DNA of 14,556 bases, from assembly GCA_020348445.1 (NCBI GenBank), contig CP070751.1, positions 3,651,418 through 3,665,973 on the forward strand, in the 5' to 3' direction. The notes under the pieces were generated by a model, which was not told the origin of the DNA, made no database searches, and saw only the letters and a list, made by a program, of their open reading frames with translations. A program made the position numbers and the translations under genes. Position 1 is the first letter of the stretch, and every line of letters begins with the position of its first letter. The stretch comes from Thermoplasmata archaeon (lineage in GTDB: Archaea; Thermoplasmatota; Thermoplasmata; GCA-020350865). Shown here in pieces: positions 1 through 6,760 of this stretch.

Positions 1-29
1 AAATTCTTTAGCAGTTCTTTTGCACCCAT
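1..29 (-). CDS. 5' end of a gene running off the left edge (MGAKELLKN...), probably the next gene of the aor operon; product unknown
   Basis: ATG at 29..27 with GGAGG (42..38) 8 nt upstream, 30 nt after the moaD-like stop, open to the window edge. Only 9 codons are visible. Confidence 0.5.
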
Positions 30-59
30 ATCATGTCCCTCCTCTCAATTTGTGTAAAT

Positions 60-338
60 TCATCCCCCACCCACAGGATATGAAATCAACACTTCATCGC
101 CATCATAAAGACATGAAGATAGATCCTTTGATTCACCATTTACTGCAAATATCACGCTTCTGTTTTCGAAATCCTGCTCAACAAGTTTTTTAAATTTTCT
201 TCCATACCGAATGTAAAGCAATTTAAGAAGATTCTCTATTGTGTCGCCCTCTTCTATTTCCACTTTTTCGCTTTTTTTGCCTGTGATTTGGGAAAACGTC
301 ATTAGGTACTTAACAGTAACAAATGGCATGTAAATCAT
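60..338 (-). CDS. MoaD/ThiS/SAMP-family ubiquitin-like (beta-grasp) sulfur carrier
   Basis: About 90 aa with the typical pattern (VTVKY...EIEEGDTIENLL...FAVNG...LYDGDEVLISYPVGGG) and a C-terminal Gly-Gly. It lies in the aor operon, where such carriers serve W/Mo-pterin synthesis. The start is ATG 338 (ATGA overlap) or ATG 329. Confidence 0.9.
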   Translation of the reverse strand: MIYMPFVTVKYLMTFSQITGKKSEKVEIEEGDTIENLLKLLYIRYGRKFKKLVEQDFENRSVIFAVNGESKDLSSCLYDGDEVLISYPVGGG

Positions 339-559
339 CCTTTTTGACGATCAGATTGCGAGCTTTTTGATGACTTTCTTATAAACGAGAATGCAAGGCC
401 ACCACTTGAGATTGGCAATCCAGCACATTCATAGCAGATGTCTCTTGTAAAATCATAATGATTCCTGCACACGATCTTTTTGCATTCCCCGCACTTGTGG
501 GCTCTAATGCCTGTTTGGGATAAATCGATTCTCTCACGGCATATTCTGCAGTTTGGCAT
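335..559 (-). CDS. Small double-zinc-finger protein (CxxC-x15-CxxC-x4-CxxH-x7-CxxC), function unknown
   Basis: Eight regularly spaced Cys/His ligands. The GGTGA SD (570..566) overlaps the aor stop, 6 nt before the ATG. Its stop overlaps the next gene. Confidence 0.85.
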   Translation of the reverse strand: MPNCRICRERIDLSQTGIRAHKCGECKKIVCRNHYDFTRDICYECAGLPISSGGLAFSFIRKSSKSSQSDRQKG

Positions 560-565
560 TATAGT

Positions 566-2602
566 TCACCTTTTTTTGGTCTTACCCTTCTTTTTGCTAC
601 TTTTGGAAACAACGAGCTTTCTTTTCTCTAAATCAGAAAGCACATCCTTCATGTCCAGATCCTTGAGTTTTTGTTTCAGATGCAGTCCTGTTTTGTTGTC
701 CCAGCCCCGTAAATCGTAGTATTTGTCAATCATTTTATTCAATTCTTTTTTCGCGAATTTCTCGCCCTTTGCAGGTCCTGAGGGCAATGCCTGCTCCATG
801 AACCTTTTAGGCAGTATGTCATCCTTTCTTCTGATTCCCATTCGTGTATTTATCGCCCTTTCCAGATTCACAATTCTGTCTCCTATTCGTAGTAGATTGT
901 CATAGCTTATTTTCATGCCAGTTGCTGCAGAAAGCCAATCGTGGTACTTGATTGAATGAACTTCCTTCTTACTCTTTTTCTTTCTGTGCTTGGCTCGAAG
1001 CTCGGGGACAGGGTACTGGGCATAGTACGAGGCGTGCATGAACCTGCATGAGCCCATGGAATCTGTGACAGCAGACAAATTTTCATGCCAGAAAACCATG
1101 TTCGCCTTTCCACCGTAACCTCTCAGAGTGCAGGACTCCTCAGAGCCAAAAAGCTCCTTTCCAACTGCACCGTCCAGTCTTATCATCTCAAAAACAGGAT
1201 GGGCCCTAAGATGATCAGAGCCTCTGCTTGAGACAGCAAATGTAAATCCAAAGCCCTTTGCAGCCCGAGGGTCGCATGCAATTGTATCGATTCCTTTGAT
1301 GCAGGATGTATAATTCTCGGCTCCTTTGCCTATTTTCTTTGTTGCCTTGTATGCACCCATGGCACCCAATTTACCAAGTTTACCTTCTTGGTTCGCGATC
1401 CTGTGGACCATCTCGACCATGGCATCAGCATTTCCGAACTTCAAGTCGATTTTATCGTCCTTCTTGGAGTTGAGTATTCCCTCCTCGTTTAACTCCATAA
1501 ATGTGGCTATCATGTTACCTGCAGATACGCAGTCCATTCCGTAATCATTTGCCAGCATGAAAGCATGAAACACAGCTTCCAGATCGTCCACTCCGCATTT
1601 GGAGCCAAAGGCTGCAACTCCTTCAAACTCTATATTACCCCTTGTGCCCGCGTACTTCCCTGTATCTATTCTCCCAAATCTCTTGCATCTGTTCGGGCAG
1701 GACATGCAGGCTCTTCCCCCTGGAACTGGGGCCATTTTAATTGAGATTTTATCTCTAAACTCCTCACCACTTATCTTCTCAGCACCTTCGAATACGCTCT
1801 CTCTAAAATTCCTTGTGGGAAGCCAGCCTTGTGCATTACCCCATCCAACACATACAGAGGTTCCAAGGGCCTGATGCTCCCCCATTCTAAAGCCAGGATC
1901 GTTAGTCAAACCAAGCCATCCGTCTTCAATTACTTCTCTGTACTTTTTTGGATCGGCAACTGAAAGTTCTCCAGTTCCTGAAACTGCTATTGCCTTCAGG
2001 TTCTTTGAGGCCATCACAGTGCCCATGCCAGTTCTTCCTGCCGCATCCCATAAATCAAATATCACGCTTCCAAAGAGAACTCCTCTTTCTGCGGCAGGAC
2101 CTATGGCAGCCACCCTTGTTTCATAACCATTGTACTTATCTTGAATTGATAAACTGGTTTCAAATACACCTTCACCCCATATCCTTTTTGCATCTTTTAA
2201 TTCGACTGTGTCATCCTGAATACTGAGATAAACTGGTTTTTCGGCACGCCCAGTTATAACCAATCCATCATAGCCTGCATACTTTAGCTCGGGTCCGAAA
2301 TTGGTACCTGCATTCGAGTTTCCATATATGTCAGTCAGAGGAGATTTGGCAGCTATATTCACCCTCCCTGTAGTTGGACCGAGAAGGCCTGTAATTGGCC
2401 CTGTGGATATGCAGAATATATTTTCCTTTCCAAGGGGATTAGCATTTGGCGATAATTCATCGAACAGAATCTTGGCATCCCTTCCCCTTCCCCCGATATA
2501 ATCCTTGCAGACATCTTCTTGCAGGTCCTTTACCTTTATTTTCTCCTTTGTAAGGTCCACACGAAGGAGCTTTCCCGCATAACCACCTAATTTCTTTGTC
2601 AT
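566..2602 (-). CDS. aor: Aldehyde:ferredoxin oxidoreductase family, tungstopterin catalytic subunit
   Basis: GYAGKLLRVDLT N-terminus, GGRG, KSPLT, AAIGPAAE, GRTGMGTVMASKNLKA, CxxCxxxC (CMSCPNRC) plus DSMGSC Fe-S ligands, NDYGMD pterin motif, SRGSDH, and DDILPKRF...YYDLRGWD C-terminus. Confidence 0.95.
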   Translation of the reverse strand: MTKKLGGYAGKLLRVDLTKEKIKVKDLQEDVCKDYIGGRGRDAKILFDELSPNANPLGKENIFCISTGPITGLLGPTTGRVNIAAKSPLTDIYGNSNAGTNFGPELKYAGYDGLVITGRAEKPVYLSIQDDTVELKDAKRIWGEGVFETSLSIQDKYNGYETRVAAIGPAAERGVLFGSVIFDLWDAAGRTGMGTVMASKNLKAIAVSGTGELSVADPKKYREVIEDGWLGLTNDPGFRMGEHQALGTSVCVGWGNAQGWLPTRNFRESVFEGAEKISGEEFRDKISIKMAPVPGGRACMSCPNRCKRFGRIDTGKYAGTRGNIEFEGVAAFGSKCGVDDLEAVFHAFMLANDYGMDCVSAGNMIATFMELNEEGILNSKKDDKIDLKFGNADAMVEMVHRIANQEGKLGKLGAMGAYKATKKIGKGAENYTSCIKGIDTIACDPRAAKGFGFTFAVSSRGSDHLRAHPVFEMIRLDGAVGKELFGSEESCTLRGYGGKANMVFWHENLSAVTDSMGSCRFMHASYYAQYPVPELRAKHRKKKSKKEVHSIKYHDWLSAATGMKISYDNLLRIGDRIVNLERAINTRMGIRRKDDILPKRFMEQALPSGPAKGEKFAKKELNKMIDKYYDLRGWDNKTGLHLKQKLKDLDMKDVLSDLEKRKLVVSKSSKKKGKTKKR

Positions 2603-2611
2603 CTACTTAAC

Positions 2612-3106
2612 CTACCTTGAAGATGTCATTCGCGCCTCAGAGAAGGCACGGGCAGTTTTTTCTGCCCTTCTTGTTCTTTTGGTTCTTGGAAGCTCATCAA
2701 GTTTATCTGAATATGTAATTGCCTTTGTCTCGCACCACTTAACGCATTCAGGCTCACCTGAGCAAAGGTCGCATTTGTAAAATTTTCTATTGTCCTCGTC
2801 GTAATGTATGGCTCCAAATGGACATACTGCAAGGCACTGCTTGCAGCCTATGCATGCATCTGGATTGAGGATAACTGCATTGGTTTTCTTGTCCTCAGAT
2901 ATTGCCTTTACTGGACATACGAGCATGCATACTGCAGAGTCGCAGTGCTCGCATCCCACTGGAACGTCAATTCCTTCCTCGTCTATTCGAACCACCCTGA
3001 TTCTGGATTTTGAAGGTGAAAAGACCTCCTCGTGATAAAAGCTACAGGCGAGTTCGCAGGCCCGACAGCCTGTGCAGTTTTCTGAATTGAATGTGAGCTT
3101 TGGCAT
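2612..3106 (-). CDS. 4x[4Fe-4S] electron-transfer subunit (DmsB/NrfC-like) partnering the AOR
   Basis: CTGCRACELAC, CEHCDSAVCMLVC, CIGCKQCLAVC and CDLC...PECVKWC motifs, 9 nt from the aor start. ATG 3106 is preferred over the track's GTG 3121. Confidence 0.92.
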   Translation of the reverse strand: MPKLTFNSENCTGCRACELACSFYHEEVFSPSKSRIRVVRIDEEGIDVPVGCEHCDSAVCMLVCPVKAISEDKKTNAVILNPDACIGCKQCLAVCPFGAIHYDEDNRKFYKCDLCSGEPECVKWCETKAITYSDKLDELPRTKRTRRAEKTARAFSEARMTSSR

Positions 3107-3159
3107 GGGTGATACGTCCACGAGATTCTTTGGTTGAATGTTCTTAACTGAATCAAAAG

Positions 3160-3167
3160 TATATAAG
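3160..3167 (-). promoter_or_regulatory. Candidate TATA box of the ferredoxin-aor operon
   Basis: TTATATAC on the minus strand, ~55 nt upstream of ATG 3106, in an AT-rich divergent spacer. Confidence 0.4.
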
Positions 3168-3265
3168 GGTAACTATAATACAATTGATTATCATGAGTTG
3201 CGTTTTTTGCTCATTACATAGGTTTTAACATCAAAATGAAGATAATAATAAATATTGATTACTCA

Positions 3266-3273
3266 TTATATAT
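3266..3273 (+). promoter_or_regulatory. Candidate TATA box of the reductase-synthetase fusion gene
   Basis: TTATATAT ~57 nt upstream of the inferred start at 3330. Confidence 0.45.
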
Positions 3274-3329
3274 CACCCTCAGAACTCAGATAATTACAGC
3301 GATTTCACTGAAAAACAGGGCGTGAGAGT

Positions 3330-6131
3330 ATAGGCGGGACAATACTACTTACAGGTGCAAACGGTTTTCTTGGAACCCAAATCGCACTTCGAATCATAAA
3401 GGAAACTGACCACAAGATAATAGCGTTGGTGAGAGCAAAAAACGAAAAAGCAGCAGTGCAAAGGCTAAAAAGAACATGGTGGGACTGGCCAGAGCTTATC
3501 AGAGCAATAGAAAATCGTATCGAGATTTTTAAGGGAGATATCTCAGAGACCAACATCGGTCTAGATCAAACCAAATACGATTATCTGGTAAAAAGAACAA
3601 CCCATATAATCCACACTGCAGCAGACATGCGCCTTGGAGGGCCTATAGACGAGCTGAGGAAGGTCAATGTTCAGGGTACAGCAAACATAATCAAATTTGC
3701 AAAAGCAATCCACATGGACCATGGTCTCACACGATACTCACACGTCTCCACCGCCTATGTTGCAGGTGCCCGAAAAGGGGATGTCCCAGAGGATTCCTTA
3801 ACAGGAGAATACGGATTCTCAAGCCCCTACGAGCTCAGCAAGTACGAGGGCGAGGTGCTTGTTCAGAAGGCCAAGTCCCAATTGCCGATTTCGGTTTTCA
3901 GACCTGGTATGGTGGTTGGAGACTCAAAAACAGGCCAGATAAAGACCTTCAACACCCTCTACTTCCCTCTAAGACTATACTTCAAAGGCCAGTTGAGGAT
4001 ACTACCGGTTAGGTCCTCTTTGAGGGTGAACCTCATCCCTGTGGATTACGTAGCAGACGCAGTTGTAAAACTCACATTCGAGCCAAAGGCCAAAGGATTG
4101 AACTTTCACCTCACTGCACCCTATAAATCATTACCAACTGCAAAGGAGCTGGTTTTGTTCTCAAGGGATTGGGCAAAAAAGAACCTTGGAGTCAAACTCA
4201 AAAAACCACTTTTCATACCTGCACCCACTGGAGCAACAAAGGGAAGGTACAGAACTCAAAAGGTGGTCCAGAAGCATAAAAGAGGCTTTTTGGATGCTTT
4301 GATCATTCTTGCACCGTACTTCAACGAGCGCCGAAGATTTAAAAGGGACAATGTGAACAGGTTCCTTGGAACATATGAACTTAAATGGAAGGAGGTCATG
4401 GAAAACTTACTTGGTTACGCGGCCTACATGGGATTTCTGCATAGATCAGACCGAACTGTGCATGAACAGATCCTTTTCCGACTTTCCAGTAAAAGCATGC
4501 CCGTCACATATCATGATGTATTTGACGGACAGATCGTAACCAGGACTGGAAGCCAATTGAGATCTGACATAATCAGTGCTGCATGGGCTTTAAAGTCCAT
4601 TGGTGTTAAACCTGGGGACCGAGTGGCCATTGTGGGCCATAACAGTACAAGGTATCTTACACTTGATGTGGCTATAGGAATTATCGGGGCCGTGAGCGTC
4701 CCTGTGTACTACACAAGCCCTCCTTCAGAAATAGACAAAATTGTATCAGCCTCACAAGCCAAGGTTTTATTTGTGGGTGCACCAAAGATTCTCGAAAAAA
4801 TTCACGAGCTCACAGTGGATATTCCTGTTATTTCCTTTTGCCGAAAGATCCCGAAATATAAATCAAAAAGAACCATCGATAATTGGGGTGAATTTCTTGC
4901 CAAAGGAAAAGAAGATGATATCCCCCCTGAGCCAGAGTACGGATTTGGTGATCTCGCAACTGTCAGATATACCTCTGGAACCACGGGAAAACCAAAGGGT
5001 GTTTATTTTGATCACGAGAGGCTGAGATGGATGGGTGAATCATTATGTGCAATCTTACCCTGGAAGCCCAAGAACTCTGGGATCATTTACCTCTCGTTTT
5101 TACCCATGAACCACGTGGTCGAAGGCATCCTTGCCATGTACGCACCCTACTATGCACCTGGACCTCTGAACATTTACTATCTCGAGGATTTCAGGGAGCT
5201 CCAGGATACATTGAGAAAGGCAAGACCAACAATATTTTTCTCAGTTCCCAGATTCTATGAAAAGGTCTGGGATGGAGTTTTAGAAAATAATGTAGGACAG
5301 AAGTATATAAACTCCAAGGATGGCTTTAAAAAGAACGTGCTTCGCAACCTATTGAGAAAGGGGCTTTTAAAGAAAGTGGGTCTTGACCGCTGTGCACAGC
5401 TTGTTGTGGGGGCAGCTCCTGCGGGAGAGGACCTTTTAACCAATTTCAGGGAGCTGGGAATTGAAATACACAATGCCTATGGGCTTACCGAGGCTCCCCT
5501 TGTCACAATGAATCTTCTGGGCAACAATAAGATCGGAACTGTGGGCCGTCCCTTGCCCAGAACCAAACTACGTATTGCAGAAGACGAAGAGCTTCTTGTA
5601 AAAGGTCCCCAGGTAACATTGGGGTACCTGGATTCCGAAATCGAGCCTCCTGTAAAGGACGGATGGCTGTATACCGGGGATTTGGCCAAGATCACGTCAG
5701 ACAATTGCCTTGTGATTCATGGAAGGAAAAAGGAGCTTATCGTTACGTCGTATGGAAAGAACATTCATCCCACAAAAATCGAGGCAATGCTAAAGGAAAT
5801 CCAAGGTGTGGAGGAGGCCATGGTTGTGGGGGACGGAAAGCCCTTTTGCGGGGCCTTTTTATGGGTATCTGGGGAGGAAAAAGGGAGTTTTATCAATACA
5901 ATCGAGAGGTCCATTATGGAGGTTAACAAACGCCTTTCTAACCCTGAGCAGTTGAAGCGCTGGGCAATTCTAAAAAACGACCTCTCAATTGAGCAGGGGG
6001 ATTTGACTGCTTCTCTCAAGCTCAAGCGCTGGGATGTTATGAAAAGAAGAGAGGATGTGGTAAATGCCCTTTACGGTAGTAAAATTTCAAAGCTTAATGG
6101 ACTTGTTCATCTGGGGGGCAAAAAGGGATAA
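3330..6131 (+). CDS. Fusion: N-terminal thioester/fatty-acyl-CoA reductase (extended SDR) + C-terminal long-chain acyl-CoA synthetase (AMP-binding), ~933 aa
   Basis: Reductase motifs: ILLTGANGFLG (3342-3374, in frame upstream of the track's TTG 3426), HTAA, NVQGT, HVSTAYV, YELSK (YxxxK), FRPGMVVG and IPVDYVA. Synthetase motifs: YTSGTTGKPKG, SFLPMNH, SVPRFYEK, AYGLTE, TGDL, GRKKELIVTSYGKNI and LTASLKLKR. The start is inferred at ATA 3330. Confidence 0.9.
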   Translation: MGGTILLTGANGFLGTQIALRIIKETDHKIIALVRAKNEKAAVQRLKRTWWDWPELIRAIENRIEIFKGDISETNIGLDQTKYDYLVKRTTHIIHTAADMRLGGPIDELRKVNVQGTANIIKFAKAIHMDHGLTRYSHVSTAYVAGARKGDVPEDSLTGEYGFSSPYELSKYEGEVLVQKAKSQLPISVFRPGMVVGDSKTGQIKTFNTLYFPLRLYFKGQLRILPVRSSLRVNLIPVDYVADAVVKLTFEPKAKGLNFHLTAPYKSLPTAKELVLFSRDWAKKNLGVKLKKPLFIPAPTGATKGRYRTQKVVQKHKRGFLDALIILAPYFNERRRFKRDNVNRFLGTYELKWKEVMENLLGYAAYMGFLHRSDRTVHEQILFRLSSKSMPVTYHDVFDGQIVTRTGSQLRSDIISAAWALKSIGVKPGDRVAIVGHNSTRYLTLDVAIGIIGAVSVPVYYTSPPSEIDKIVSASQAKVLFVGAPKILEKIHELTVDIPVISFCRKIPKYKSKRTIDNWGEFLAKGKEDDIPPEPEYGFGDLATVRYTSGTTGKPKGVYFDHERLRWMGESLCAILPWKPKNSGIIYLSFLPMNHVVEGILAMYAPYYAPGPLNIYYLEDFRELQDTLRKARPTIFFSVPRFYEKVWDGVLENNVGQKYINSKDGFKKNVLRNLLRKGLLKKVGLDRCAQLVVGAAPAGEDLLTNFRELGIEIHNAYGLTEAPLVTMNLLGNNKIGTVGRPLPRTKLRIAEDEELLVKGPQVTLGYLDSEIEPPVKDGWLYTGDLAKITSDNCLVIHGRKKELIVTSYGKNIHPTKIEAMLKEIQGVEEAMVVGDGKPFCGAFLWVSGEEKGSFINTIERSIMEVNKRLSNPEQLKRWAILKNDLSIEQGDLTASLKLKRWDVMKRREDVVNALYGSKISKLNGLVHLGGKKG

Positions 6132-6150
6132 AAGGGTGACTTTAAGCCTT

Positions 6151-6756
6151 TTATTTGGCATCCTCAACCATATCATAACCCAGTTCAAAGGCCCTTGTAT
6201 TGATATCTTTTGAATAAGAAGGAGACCTTTTTTGGACTATCTCCAAAACAATCTCTTTTGGCAAGGGAACGGCGCCGCAGGCAGAAATCGCCCCTATCAT
6301 CACAGCGTTCATGGAAATGGGATTGCCGGCCTGTTCTGCAAGGGAAGTGGCGTTCAGAGCGTATATTTCCCTTGAATAGTTGATTATGATGTCTATGATA
6401 TCATTTACTTCAGGGTAAGAGCCTTTTCCTGTTGATACGCTAACTGGAACAACTGGTTTTGTGTTGAGGATGATCTTGGATCCTGAATCCATGAAATGCA
6501 TATGTCTTAACGCCTCTGCTGGCTCGAATGCAGCAAGCAGTTTTCCAGTGCCTACAGGAATAAGGGGTGTGTAAAGCTCTTCTCCAAATCTGATATGAGA
6601 TGCCACTGCACCTCCGCGCCTTGCCATGCCGTGCTCTTCAAAGGCATATACTCTGTAACCCTCTGACAGTGCCGATTCTAAGATTATCTGCCCTGCAAAT
6701 ATGATGCCCTGGCCTCCAACTCCGGCAAGGAGCATGTCGAAATTCTTAGATTCCAT
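6151..6756 (-). CDS. iorB: Indolepyruvate:ferredoxin oxidoreductase family beta subunit
   Basis: LAGVGGQG, EEHGMARRGGAVASHIRFG and AFEPAEALR motifs, directly after iorA. ATG 6756 has a GAAGGAG SD (the track start 6828 is too long). Confidence 0.92.
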   Translation of the reverse strand: MESKNFDMLLAGVGGQGIIFAGQIILESALSEGYRVYAFEEHGMARRGGAVASHIRFGEELYTPLIPVGTGKLLAAFEPAEALRHMHFMDSGSKIILNTKPVVPVSVSTGKGSYPEVNDIIDIIINYSREIYALNATSLAEQAGNPISMNAVMIGAISACGAVPLPKEIVLEIVQKRSPSYSKDINTRAFELGYDMVEDAK

Positions 6757-6760
6757 TGAT

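Noticed and set aside
480-2501. Plus-strand ORFs 480..719, 723..905, 1326..1544, 1599..1874, 1948..2226, 2301..2501 and minus 913..1113
   Set aside because: Antisense or alternate-frame shadows of the well-supported aor gene, with no motifs or SD.
3183-3266. ATTGATTA(C)TCAT occurring twice in the divergent aor/fusion spacer
   Set aside because: It could be an operator, but two short AT-rich matches in an AT-rich spacer are not distinguishable from chance by eye.
4741-6025. Short ORFs overlapping the reductase-synthetase fusion
   Set aside because: Fully nested in a 2.8-kb gene with continuous family motifs and no independent signal.
3330-6131. Calling the fusion a carboxylic acid reductase or NRPS
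   Set aside because: The domain order is R-A, not A-T-R, there is no carrier-domain Ser motif in the linker, and the adenylation domain has long-chain acyl-CoA synthetase motifs.
6132-6152. AAAGG-N11-CCTTT stem between the convergent fusion and iorB stops
   Set aside because: A 5-bp stem is too weak to call a terminator, and archaeal termination relies mainly on U-tracts.
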